A DNA stretch of 64,000 nucleotides from Gemmatales bacterium (GCA_041640595.1 JBEPZY010000002.1:178984-242983), one strand, 5' to 3'; counted from the first letter of the stretch, positions 40,014-50,110 are shown. Translations and numbers: made by a program. Notes: generated by a model from the letters alone, not told the origin.

Positions 40014-42250
40014 CGGTTCTTCCCCTTGACGATATTTTCGGTGATCTGGTGCAACTGTAATTGCCGGGCGGCCAGTTCCCGCAGTTCTGCTGCAATGTCA
40101 GGCGCTGTCGCCGCTTCACCCTGGTATTTGCGACCGTACATCACCGTCCGCTGGTAAATGCGTTTCTGCATGGCGTGGATCATTTTCAATTCCTGCAGCA
40201 GGTCAATCAGCCGCTCGTTGCGATTTGGATCGCCGCCACCACCCTGATTCCCGCCGCCACGGTTATTTTGCCGCTGCTCGATCTCCTTTTTGAGGGCCTC
40301 GATCATTTCCTTGAGGGTCTCGATGATGTCCTGCTCAATGGCCTGAGTTTCGGGGCCAGGATCAGTCTTGTACAGCCGGTTGGAAACGCGTGCCATATCC
40401 TGGCGAAGTTGCCGCATCACTTCCGCAAACGCCACCGAGGAGCCTTCGGCCTGGAGCAAAGCGATAGCCCGATCCGCCTCGGCTACGATCTCATCTTCCC
40501 GCCGCGACAGCACTCCGGAAAGTATTTCTTCCTCGCGGGTAGGCTTTTTGTCGGGATTGGTTTGAATGCGCTGGTCGAGCTTGACCGTATCCTGATAAAC
40601 GGCTTCCTGCATGGCCAGCATCTTTTCGCAGCGGCGTTGCAGGTCGGCCAGCACACGCAACTGTTCCTCTTCGCGGTATTGCCGTAACAACTCCTCTAAC
40701 TTTTGCCGGGCTTGACGGAGCAAGTCGGCGGCTTTGGCTTGATCATCGGAAGCGGGCTTCCTTTCATCCTTGGCGATGCGGTTTTCGGCACTGCGCTGGT
40801 AGCCGTGAGCGTCTTCGATGCGTTCGCGGCCAGGCACACCGGGTTGCTGCTGGCCTTGCTGACCGCCACCGCGTGCTTGACCCGACTGCCCACCACCTTG
40901 CTGACCACCACCCTGCTGCCCGCCCCCTTGTTGACCGCCAGCTTGACTGCCACCCTGTTGCCCACCGCCCTGTTGACCACCACCTTGTTGCCCACCGGCG
41001 CCACGGGTCTGTGGATTGGCGGCACCTTCTCCCGGACCTCGTGCCTGAGCGCCCTGGCTACCCTGATCTCCACCAGGCTTGCCACCGCCGGCTTGACCAC
41101 TGCCCGGTTTATCGCCCGGCTTTCCGCCGCCGGCCTGACCGTCGCCCGGTTTGTCCCCAGGTTTTCCACCGCCGGCCTGACCACTGCCCGGTTTATCGCC
41201 CGGCTTTCCGCCGCCGGCCTGACCGTCGCCCGGTTTGTCCCCAGGTTTACCACCGCCGGCCTGACCACCGCCGGGTTTATCACCGCCCTGTCCGCTGTCG
41301 CTGCCCCCGCGAGCCTGGCCGGGCTTCGAACCGTCACCGGACTGGTTGCCGCCACGTGCCTGCGAACCGGACTCGTTGGGCGAGCCACCGCGCGCCTGGC
41401 CGGTCTGTTCGGAACCAGGTTTACCGGAATCGGGAGTGCGTGCCTGAGGATTGGGCGCTCCCCGACCTTCATCGCGGGCTTGACCGGGTTGTCCGGAACC
41501 GCTCCGTCCCTCGCCGCGTGCTTGCGCTTCTGGTCGTTCGTTTTTGCCGGCATCACGTGCTTCACCGCGGCTCGGATCACCCTGGCCGGAACGAGCCTGT
41601 TCAAGTTGCCGAATCTGGTTCAGGATTTCCTCCACTCTTCGGCTGGCGGCTTCCTGAGCTTTCTTGGCGTCCTCCTTGCTGATATTGGGATTGTCGTTGC
41701 GTGCCTGAGCAACACGCTGGGCCCGTTCCGCTTCCTCCAGCCGACGAATCAACTCCGCGTAGAGCTCCATTTCCTTTTTCTTGAGCGATTCGTCGTCGGG
41801 GGACATGAGGATATCGAGCAAGCGTTGCATGGCTTGCTGAACATCGCCACCCTTTTCGACGACCTGCTGGATTTCTTTCAAACTGCTCAGCGTACCGGGT
41901 CGTTTGAGCCGCTCTGCCAGGTCGCTGACATTGAGCCGGACGTTGCGTTCACGGGCTTCCCGCAGGGCACGGTAAATGATGCGGGCTTTTTCGACGTCGC
42001 CGGGATTATTGCGCCGTTCCATCAATTGAGCGATGCGCAACAACTGCTCTTCGAGCTGAGCGTAGCGGGCTGCCACGACCGCCTGATTGGCGGCCAGTTC
42101 GTCGGTCAACTGATTGCTGGGCTGCTTCGGGGCAGGCTGGCCTTTCTCATCGGGATTGCCAGTTGGCTGAGCCAGTACTGCCAGGGTCAGGCTCCACGTC
42201 AGCACGGCAACCAGCGACACCAGCAGCGTGAGTTTGTGGCTTGTCAACAT
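40010..42250 (-). CDS. Exported coiled-coil protein with long Gly/Gln-rich repeat linker (DUF4175-like)
   Basis: Signal peptide from ATG 42250 (alternative start 42304); GQAGGGKPGDKPG and GGQQG repeats between coiled coils. Confidence 0.75.
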   Translation of the reverse strand: MLTSHKLTLLVSLVAVLTWSLTLAVLAQPTGNPDEKGQPAPKQPSNQLTDELAANQAVVAARYAQLEEQLLRIAQLMERRNNPGDVEKARIIYRALREARERNVRLNVSDLAERLKRPGTLSSLKEIQQVVEKGGDVQQAMQRLLDILMSPDDESLKKKEMELYAELIRRLEEAERAQRVAQARNDNPNISKEDAKKAQEAASRRVEEILNQIRQLEQARSGQGDPSRGEARDAGKNERPEAQARGEGRSGSGQPGQARDEGRGAPNPQARTPDSGKPGSEQTGQARGGSPNESGSQARGGNQSGDGSKPGQARGGSDSGQGGDKPGGGQAGGGKPGDKPGDGQAGGGKPGDKPGSGQAGGGKPGDKPGDGQAGGGKPGDKPGSGQAGGGKPGGDQGSQGAQARGPGEGAANPQTRGAGGQQGGGQQGGGQQGGSQAGGQQGGGQQGGGQQGGGQSGQARGGGQQGQQQPGVPGRERIEDAHGYQRSAENRIAKDERKPASDDQAKAADLLRQARQKLEELLRQYREEEQLRVLADLQRRCEKMLAMQEAVYQDTVKLDQRIQTNPDKKPTREEEILSGVLSRREDEIVAEADRAIALLQAEGSSVAFAEVMRQLRQDMARVSNRLYKTDPGPETQAIEQDIIETLKEMIEALKKEIEQRQNNRGGGNQGGGGDPNRNERLIDLLQELKMIHAMQKRIYQRTVMYGRKYQGEAATAPDIAAELRELAARQLQLHQITENIVKGKNR

Positions 42251-42548
42251 CGTTGCGATTCCTCCCAATCCGGTCTGCGAGCAAACCATTCCCCGTCGGT
42301 GCATGATTGTCTCCCTCCAGGACATTGTAGGCATACCTGGAACCTGGCGCTGGCGAAATTCCGAGCCGTTTCACGAAGCGGGACGGTTCTGGCAGCCTGG
42401 CCCGCTCGCGCTTGCCGCTTGACCCTCATCCTGCGGTCAAGGATACATCGTCTGGCGGGCGTTTGCCAGTGCAGGCCCCACTGATAAGACGAACCACTTG
42501 CTTTCGCGCAACAGGAATTTTCTCACCGGGGGTGCTTGGTTCGGTCGG

Positions 42549-44684
42549 CTAGGGATAAAACTTGCCGTTGGCATCGGCGAGCTGGCGGAGCAATTCGGTC
42601 GGCTGGAAGCGGACACCGAGGTCCTGATAGCGCTGGCATTTTTCGAGAATGCTTGCGAGGCCGATTTCGTCGGCCCATCGCAGGATGCCACCTCGCCAGG
42701 CTGGGAAACCCGTACCGAGAATCAGACCCATATCCACATCGCCGGCGTCGCGGACGATTTGTTCGCTCAGGACGCGGGTCGCTTCCAGCAACATGGGCAA
42801 GAACAACCGGTCGGTAATCTCCTCGTTGCTGAGCGAACGCTTACCGCGACGGCAGCGTTCGAGGATCGGCTCCAAAGCCGGGTCGTCGCTGCCGTGTTTG
42901 GGATCGCGGGAGTAATTGTAAAATCCGGCACCGCTCTTCTGACCGAGTCGGCCAGCCTGTACCAGTTCGGCGACGATGCGGCTTTCGACGAAGCGATCGG
43001 GAAACGCCTGCTGCAGGACCCGGCCCGCATACAGAGCGGTATCCAGCCCGACCACATCCTGCAGTGTCACCGGCCCCATCGGCATACCAAACTCCACTGC
43101 CGCCTGGTCAATCTGGCGCGGCGTGGCACCCTCCTCGAGCATCAGCATGGCCTCGTTCAGGTACGGAAACAGCAGGCGGTTCACCAGAAAGCCGGGACTG
43201 TCCCGCACCACGATCGGCGTTTTGCCGATGCGCTTGGCAAAGGCCACCAGCGTGGCGATGGTGACATCGTCGCTCGCCTCACCCCGCACCACTTCCACCA
43301 GGGGCATGCGTTCAGCCGGGTTGAAGAAATGCAGACCGGCAAACCGCTGCGGCTTCTGCAACGTCCGAGCCATCCGCGATATGGACAGCGTCGAGGTGTT
43401 GGAAACTATCAGGGTCTCCGCACCGACATGGGTTTCCAGTTCGCCCAAGAGCCGCGTTTTCAGGTCTTCGTTTTCGGTAACGGCCTCGATAACCAGATCA
43501 CGATCGGCCATAGCAGCCAGGGTCTGCGTGGTGCCGATCCGAGCCAGGGTGTCGGCAGCTTCTTGCGGTTTCATTCGCCCCAGCTGCACTCGTTCGAGCA
43601 GACCGCGTTCGATGCGTTGCAGGGCGTTCTGGAGAATTTCCGCGGAAACGTCCAGAAGTTGCACCAGGCAACCTCGCCGTGCCAGCACGCTGGCAATTCC
43701 GCATCCCATCACGCCGGCACCGAGCACTCCGACCCGCTCGATAGTTCGCGGCACCACTTGCGGATTGGCCACACCGGGGTCTTTCTGCAGACGCTGTTGC
43801 TGAAAGAAAACGGCAATGAGATTCCGCGCTTCCGAGCCGACCGCCAGACGTAAAAAAGCCTCCCGTTCGTGCTGCAGACCGTCGGCCAGAGGCAAATTCA
43901 CCGTCTTTTCCACCACCTCTAATGCCACCAGCGGTGCCTGGGGACGCCCGCGGGTTTTCTGCCAGACCTGACCGCGAGCCACGGCAAAGGTGTAGGCGTG
44001 TTGCTCTTCCGATAAGCCGACCGGTTGCTGTTTGCGGCGACGTATCTCCGGCCAATCGTTGAGCTGGCGAGAAAGCAAAAGCAGGCGTTGGGCTTCTTCC
44101 AGCAGCCGATCGCCAGGCACCGCATCGAAGGCCAGGCCGATTTCCACTGCCCGATTCGCGGTGATACTCTCGCCAGTGCATATCATCTCCAGGGCCAGCG
44201 ATGGGCCGATCAGTCGCGGCAAGCGTTGCGTCCCGCCCCAGCCCGGAATCAGACCGACCTTGACTTCCGGCAGTCCCAGTTCGGTGCGCGGATGCGTGCT
44301 GACCAGGCGATGGTCGAACGCCAGGGCGATTTCCAGTCCGCCGCCCAGACACGGCCCCTCGATAGCCGCCACCGTGGGACATGGGAGGCTTTCGATCCGC
44401 TGCAATAACGCTTGGCCACGCTCCAGCAGTTGTCGCACCAGTTCCGGATACCGCCAGGCCTGGGCCAGCTCCCGCAGGTCGGCCCCGGCCAGAAACATGC
44501 CCGGTTTGCCACTGGTCAAAATTACCCCCGCCAGAGGCGCCAGCCGGGCTATCTCGGCAACGGTTCGCTCCAGTTCGGCCAGCACTGCCTGGCTGACGAC
44601 GTTGACTTTGCTCTCCGGCTGATTGATGGTAATCAGGATTTCACCGCCGGGCAGTTGTTGCCAGGTTACGGCTTGCTCGGCCAC
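42549..44684 (-). CDS. fadB: Fatty acid oxidation complex subunit alpha (enoyl-CoA hydratase / 3-hydroxyacyl-CoA dehydrogenase)
   Basis: GGGLE, LPEVKVG, GAGVMG, SNTST, GLHFFNP, PGFLVNR, PMGP motifs. Confidence 0.9.
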   Translation of the reverse strand: MAEQAVTWQQLPGGEILITINQPESKVNVVSQAVLAELERTVAEIARLAPLAGVILTSGKPGMFLAGADLRELAQAWRYPELVRQLLERGQALLQRIESLPCPTVAAIEGPCLGGGLEIALAFDHRLVSTHPRTELGLPEVKVGLIPGWGGTQRLPRLIGPSLALEMICTGESITANRAVEIGLAFDAVPGDRLLEEAQRLLLLSRQLNDWPEIRRRKQQPVGLSEEQHAYTFAVARGQVWQKTRGRPQAPLVALEVVEKTVNLPLADGLQHEREAFLRLAVGSEARNLIAVFFQQQRLQKDPGVANPQVVPRTIERVGVLGAGVMGCGIASVLARRGCLVQLLDVSAEILQNALQRIERGLLERVQLGRMKPQEAADTLARIGTTQTLAAMADRDLVIEAVTENEDLKTRLLGELETHVGAETLIVSNTSTLSISRMARTLQKPQRFAGLHFFNPAERMPLVEVVRGEASDDVTIATLVAFAKRIGKTPIVVRDSPGFLVNRLLFPYLNEAMLMLEEGATPRQIDQAAVEFGMPMGPVTLQDVVGLDTALYAGRVLQQAFPDRFVESRIVAELVQAGRLGQKSGAGFYNYSRDPKHGSDDPALEPILERCRRGKRSLSNEEITDRLFLPMLLEATRVLSEQIVRDAGDVDMGLILGTGFPAWRGGILRWADEIGLASILEKCQRYQDLGVRFQPTELLRQLADANGKFYP

Positions 44685-44769
44685 GCCTTTCTCCTTCGCC
44701 TGACGCTATGGCAGTGCCGCTTCGCTCGATGGGATTCGCGTATTTTACAACTCTGGCATGGATTTTTGG

Positions 44770-45350
44770 GTCCGCTCTGGTCTTCTTGTGCCGGTGCGCA
44801 GATACGTCCCGAGGCTTCCTGATGATTGCACCCTAGTCCGCCTTGGTCTTCTTTGTGCCAGTGCGCAGATAGTCCTCATAGAGTTGCGCGAACCTCTCCA
44901 AGTCCGCTTTTGGTGTTCTTTGTGCCAGTGCGCAGATACATCACGAGCCCTCTTGAGGATTGCACCCTAGTCCGCCTTGGTCTTCTTGTGCCGTTGCGCA
45001 GATAGTTCTCGTAGAGTTGCGCGAACCTTTCCAGGTCCGCTTCTGGTGTTCTTTGTGTCGGTGCGCAGATACATCACGAGTCTTCTTGAGGATTGCACCC
45101 AGGCCCGCTTTGGTCTTCTTGTGCTGTTTTTGGTCTTCTTGGGCCGTTGCGCAGATAGTTCTCGTAGAGTTGCGCGAACCTTTCCAGGTCCGCTTCTGGT
45201 GTTCTTTGTGCCGGTGCGCAGATAGTTTCCATAGAGTTACGCGAACCTTTCCAAGCCCCCTTTGGTCTCTTTTCTGCCGTTGCGCAAATAGCTCTCAGAG
45301 TTGCGCGAACCTCTCCAAGCCCGCTTCTGGCGTTGTTTGTGTCGGTGCGC
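44770..45350. repeat. Array of 9 degenerate ~35-bp repeats, period 65-67 bp, two spacer types
   Basis: GCGCAGATA-type cores at 44796, 44863, 44930, 44996, 45063, 45149, 45216, 45282, 45347 (one interval lengthened by a ~20-bp duplication). Confidence 0.9.
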
Positions 45351-45502
45351 TCGAGGTGATTGGCACATTTTACGACCAAACCGGCCGCAGGCCAGGCAAC
45401 TCGCCGCAACACCTGCCGCCAGCCCGGCGGCTCCCCCACGCGCCGACGGCTAAAGCGGCGGTGCGAAGTAGCACCTACCAACACGCCGTGCCTGGCGCCG
45501 GT

Positions 45503-45610
45503 TCGCTAGTTCACCAGAACGGCGGTGGTGCTGGGCTGATTGTGACGGCGATGACGACTGGTTTTTCGACGGGGAGTCGCTAGTTCACCAGAACGCCGGT
45601 GGTGCTGGGC
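45503..45610. repeat. 34-bp direct repeat duplicating the 3' end of the ELWxxDGT gene
   Basis: 45503-45536 vs 45577-45610, 1 mismatch, period 74. Confidence 0.9.
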
Positions 45611-48438
45611 GGGGTGAAGCTCACGATCGCGTCGTTGCCGGCCATGTCGCGGATGAACGTGCCCGCTGGCCGCATAATCGGCGAGAGTATCTCTATCCCG
45701 TTCGTGTCGCGGTCGGAGGACTGAATCACATAGCGGAACCGCAGCGTTCTCGAGTCCGGTTGGCTGTAGAAAACCGCGTTGCGAATCACACTGCCGATAC
45801 GCAGCTGGATAAATGGTTTCGCGGTGCTGGTGGTACCGACGTTGACCGACTCACTGAATCGCACCACGATGTCCAGCGCCTGGCCGGTTACATAATGCCC
45901 GTTGGCCGGCGGTGTTACCAGCACAATCGTCGGGGCCACCGCATCCACTTTCACGTTCGGCGTGCTCGGATTGGTGAAGGTCGTGATAGCATCGTGCCCG
46001 GCCTGGTCGCGGATGAAAGTTCCCGCAGGCAGCAGAATCGGCGAGAGGATTTCGATCCCGTCGGTGTCCAGATCGCCGCTTTGCACTACGGAGCGGAAGC
46101 GCAGCGTGGTGGGGTCCGGTTGGATGTCGAAAAGCGCATCAGCAGTCCGCGAGCCAATCCGCACCTGCAGATGTGGCCGAAGGGTGCTGGTGGTGCCAAC
46201 GGTGACCGGCTCACTGAAGCGAATTAAGATTTCCAGTGCCCCGCCGGCACGATACCAGCCGTTGGCTGGCGGCGTAACCTGAACGATGCTCGGCGGTACA
46301 GTATCCACCAGAACGCCACTGGTATCCGGCGGTACAAAAACCAGGGCCGCAGCGTTGTCCGCGGTGTCCTTAATCGTTCCGCCGTTCAGGTCGAGCGGCG
46401 AAACTACGGTGATCCCATCTGTGTCCAGGTCGTCTGACTGCACAGTGTACCGGAAGAGCAAACTGCTCGAGCCGCTGCCGGACTGAAAGGTCGCGTAACG
46501 CGTCGCGTCGCCGATGGTCAGTTGCAAGCGCGGTGTCCCGAAAGTGGTGTCCACCACCACCGGACGGTCGAATACCACGGTGAAATCGAGGTTCTGGCCA
46601 AGCTTGTAAATGCCGCTTCCGGGGCCGCTGACGCTGTCAATCACCGGGCCCTGGTGATTGACCAGCACGACACTGAGCGGAGGCGTAAAGTCCAGCTGAG
46701 CATGGTTGCCTGCCCTGTCTCTGATGCTCCCCCCATTGAGGTCAATAGGCGTAACCAGGGTGATGCCATCCGAGTCCAGGTCTTCTAGTGCCACCGTATA
46801 ACGGAAGCGAAGAGTAGTTGTGCCACTGCCGGACTCATAGGTCGCATACCGGACCAACGGGGGAATGCTTTCGCCCACGTTGCTGCCGAACCTCAGCACC
46901 AGTCGCGGCGTGCCCGTAACCAACACTGGTTCGCTGAATTCCACCTCGAAATAAAGATCGTCCTCCACCGAGTAGTTGCCATTAGCCGGTGGCGAGACCC
47001 GGATAATTTCAGGCTCCAGCTCGTCGCTGGCCCAGAGTTCCATGCCATGCGTGCCATCGCTAGCAGCGAAAAACAGCGTGCCGTTGACGTTGGTGAGCCA
47101 CGTGGGACTGGAGCCAGCCGAACCCGGCCGGATATCTTGCACCAGGTAGGTGCTGTTCGCATCGCCATAACTGAACCAGAGTTCCCTGCCATACGTGCCA
47201 TCGTCGGCCAGGAAGAACAGCACACCGTTGACGTTGGTCAGCCCGGAGGGCTCAGAACTAGCAGAACCCGGCCGGATGTCCTTGACCATCACGGTGCCGC
47301 CGGACGTGCCATCACTCTTCCAGAGTTCGAGGCCATTCGTGCCATCGTTGGCAGCGAAAAACAGTGTGCCGTTGACGTTGGTGAGCTTGTTAGCGCCGGA
47401 CCCAAACGGACTCGGCCGGAAGGCCTTGACCATCACGGTGCCGCTGGATGTGCCATCGCTTTTCCAGAGTTCGATGTTGGAGGAGAAGGACCCAAGGCCA
47501 GTCCAGAAAACCAGTGTGCCGTTGACGTTGGTGAGATAGCTAGGATTGGAGCTAGCCAAGCCCGACCGGATGTCCCTGACCGGCACGGTGCCGGTGGACG
47601 TGCCGTCGCTTTTCCAGAGTTCGTAGCCGCTGGTGCCGTCGTTGGCCCGGAAAAACAACGTGCCGTTGACGTTGGCGAGCCACGCAGGGTTGGAATCAGC
47701 CGAGCCCGGTCCGATGTTCTTGACTAGCACGGTGCCAGTGGAAGTGCCATCGCTCTTCCAGAGTTCGTAGCCGCTGGTGCCGTCGTCGGCCCGGAAAAAC
47801 AGCGTGCCGTTGACGTTGGTGAGCGACACAGAACGCGAATCACCTGAGCCCGGCCAGATGTCCTTGACCAGCACGGTGCCAGCGGAAGTGCCATCACTCT
47901 TCCAGAGTTCTCTTCCCTTCGTGCCGTCGTCGGCGGTGAAAAACAGCGTGCCGTTGACGTTGGTGAGATAGCGAGGATGGGAGCGAGCCGAGCCCGGCCA
48001 GATGTCCCTGACCAGCATGGTGCCAGTGGAAGTGCCATCACTCTTCCAGAGTTCTCTTCCCTTCGTGCCGTTGTCGGCCGTGAAAAACAGCGTGCCGTTG
48101 ACGTTGGTGAGCCAGTAAGGATTGGAGCCAGCCGTGCCCGGACGGATGTCCCGGACCATGACGGTGCCGGAGGACGTGCCATCGCTCTTCCATAGTTCCG
48201 CACCGAAACGCCCCTGGCGGGCTACGAAAAACAGCGTGCCGTTGACCTCGGTGAAGTTGCTGGGCGAGGAGCTTCCTGCCCCAGGGAAAATGTTTCTGAC
48301 CAGGAATGTGGCCGGCACGGTGCGGTCTTCGAGTTGCTCGAAACCCAGTTGGGCCTTGTGAGACGGGCGGGATGGTTTCGGTTGCTCCGCCACGAATCCC
48401 AGACACATCCGCCACACGTTGAGCAGCCACTTGCGCAT
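45580..48438 (-). CDS. Secreted ELWxxDGT-repeat protein with four C-terminal Ig-like repeats
   Basis: FEQLEDRTVPA planctomycete export motif; 7 exact ELWKSDGT plus 2 variant repeats; four Ig-like repeats (PPANG / LRFRY / DLDTDGI); AAGGAGG before ATG 48438. Confidence 0.9.
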   Translation of the reverse strand: MRKWLLNVWRMCLGFVAEQPKPSRPSHKAQLGFEQLEDRTVPATFLVRNIFPGAGSSSPSNFTEVNGTLFFVARQGRFGAELWKSDGTSSGTVMVRDIRPGTAGSNPYWLTNVNGTLFFTADNGTKGRELWKSDGTSTGTMLVRDIWPGSARSHPRYLTNVNGTLFFTADDGTKGRELWKSDGTSAGTVLVKDIWPGSGDSRSVSLTNVNGTLFFRADDGTSGYELWKSDGTSTGTVLVKNIGPGSADSNPAWLANVNGTLFFRANDGTSGYELWKSDGTSTGTVPVRDIRSGLASSNPSYLTNVNGTLVFWTGLGSFSSNIELWKSDGTSSGTVMVKAFRPSPFGSGANKLTNVNGTLFFAANDGTNGLELWKSDGTSGGTVMVKDIRPGSASSEPSGLTNVNGVLFFLADDGTYGRELWFSYGDANSTYLVQDIRPGSAGSSPTWLTNVNGTLFFAASDGTHGMELWASDELEPEIIRVSPPANGNYSVEDDLYFEVEFSEPVLVTGTPRLVLRFGSNVGESIPPLVRYATYESGSGTTTLRFRYTVALEDLDSDGITLVTPIDLNGGSIRDRAGNHAQLDFTPPLSVVLVNHQGPVIDSVSGPGSGIYKLGQNLDFTVVFDRPVVVDTTFGTPRLQLTIGDATRYATFQSGSGSSSLLFRYTVQSDDLDTDGITVVSPLDLNGGTIKDTADNAAALVFVPPDTSGVLVDTVPPSIVQVTPPANGWYRAGGALEILIRFSEPVTVGTTSTLRPHLQVRIGSRTADALFDIQPDPTTLRFRSVVQSGDLDTDGIEILSPILLPAGTFIRDQAGHDAITTFTNPSTPNVKVDAVAPTIVLVTPPANGHYVTGQALDIVVRFSESVNVGTTSTAKPFIQLRIGSVIRNAVFYSQPDSRTLRFRYVIQSSDRDTNGIEILSPIMRPAGTFIRDMAGNDAIVSFTPPSTTGVLVN

Positions 48439-48648
48439 GCAATCCTCCTTTCTACGGGTGGGTCGATGCGGAAAAGCCGCCGCAAAGTATTGGGGATGTG
48501 GCAACGGGCTCCAGATGCCAGACAACTGGAAAGGAGAGCGCGAACGGCTGCACGGGCCAGCGATTCTCACCCGCCCGGCCAGTTGAATGACAACCGTGGC
48601 TCGATGCCAGGTTTCGATGTTACCAGACCCGCCAGCCACCGTCAAGGG

Positions 48649-48901
48649 AAAACTGGCGATGAGTCAGAACTTGCGGCCGGCTTCGGCAAAAATTGGTGTC
48701 GCGGCCATGATTCGAACGCATGGGACGAGTCAGAACTTGCGGCCGCCTTCGCCTGGCTAACGACCGAGTATCAGCTCGACCGTCAAACAAAAACTGGGCA
48801 TGGGTCAGAAGTTGCGGGCAATACAAATTTCGACTTGATGAAGGCAGTGTTTACGCAACGCCACAAATTAGTCAGAAGTTGAGGGCAATACAGGTTTCGA
48901 C
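48649..48901. repeat. Four-copy degenerate repeat array with unique spacers
   Basis: GTCAGAASTTG cores at 48663, 48729, 48804, 48871 (periods 66, 75, 67). Confidence 0.85.
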
Positions 48902-48976
48902 GGCGGGCTCACCTCCGGATAGTGCGGTCATCGGACCGGCAGCAGGTCGTTCGCCGAGCGACGACTGCCAAATCAA

Positions 48977-50092
48977 GAGCGGCGGGCGTTATCCCGCCGT
49001 GGTATCGAAAAACGCATCTGCAACGGCGAGTGATCTTCGTGGAGTGGTTACGTTTGCCACTGCACAATCGGCTCCCGCACTACGGGGGGCTTACGCCCCC
49101 CGCTCTTGGTGAACGGTGTCCGGTCGGTGAGGAAATGGGGATTTTTGCGATACACGAACGCACGTTCCCAAGAGCGGCGGGCGTCAGCCCGCCGTGGTGT
49201 GGTAACGCCATTGCAATTGCGGACGCTTGCGACCAGCGACCCGCGTTAGGCTGCCGCTGGTCGGAAACCACGGTTGCAATGGCAAGGCACTGGATTTCCG
49301 CGTTTCGGATTCGCTTACCGAGTACATCCCACGGGGGGCTTACGCCCCCCGCTCTTGTTCCGACTACGACGACCGTCTGCCGAAAGAATGACGATTTTTG
49401 CGATGCACGAACGCACGTTCACAAGAGCGGCGGGGGTCAGCCCGCCGTGGTACGGTGAACCGAACGCCGTGCCGCAGGAATCACGCACTGTGCAGCGACT
49501 ATGCGACACGGAATCAAGAGCGGCGGGCCTCAGCCCGCCGTGGGTGTAAGTAACGCAATTGCAATTGCGGACGCGTTCGTCCAGCGGCGGGCGTGAGCCC
49601 GCCGTGTGTGTTGGGGAAGCGCACTTGCAAGAGCGCTTCCGCAAAGTCGCGGGGGACTGCCGACGGTGTGCTCACGAACGCCGGTGGAGTCGCAGTAGCG
49701 AACCCACGGGGGGCTTACGCCCCCCGCTCTTGTTCCGACTACGACGACCGTCTGCCGAAAGAATGACGATTTTTGCGATGCAGAAACGCACGTTCACAAG
49801 AGCGGCGGGGGTCAGCCCGCCGTGGTACGGTGAACCGAACGCCGTGCCGCAGGAATCACGCACTGTGCAGCGACTATGCGACACGGAATCAAGAGCGGCG
49901 GGCCTCAGCCCGCCGTGGGTTTGCAAATCGCGTGTGCGACGGCGATGCGATGAATTTCGGCGTCTCGAACTCGTGTGCGGAGCGCACTCCACGGGGGGCT
50001 TACGCCCCCCGCTCCTGGTTGCACGACGTGCGTTCGGCACAAGATGCGCGGTTTGCGATGCGAAGACGCTCGTCCGGCCAAGAGCGGCGGCG
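48977..50092. repeat. Large REP/BIME-like cluster (about 11 full palindromes plus one partial)
   Basis: Plus-strand GAGCGGCGGGCGTNAGCCCGCCGTGG type and minus-strand GAGCGGGGGGCGTAAGCCCCCCGTG type interspersed; includes a 218-bp duplication. Confidence 0.88.
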
Positions 50093-50110
50093 CTTTCGTG
50101 AGCTGGCGGG

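Noticed and set aside
40703..42484. 593-aa plus-strand ORF and other long antisense ORFs (e.g. 364-1668, 42498-43853, 56110-57783)
   Set aside because: Shadow ORFs opposite well-supported genes in GC-rich DNA.
45435..45465. CCGACGGCTAAAGCGGCGG resembling an IS200/IS605 end hairpin
   Set aside because: Single imperfect match, with no tnpA or tnpB in the window.
44960..45583. 207-aa ORF with internal repeats
   Set aside because: It arises from the 67-bp non-coding array, whose period is not a multiple of three.
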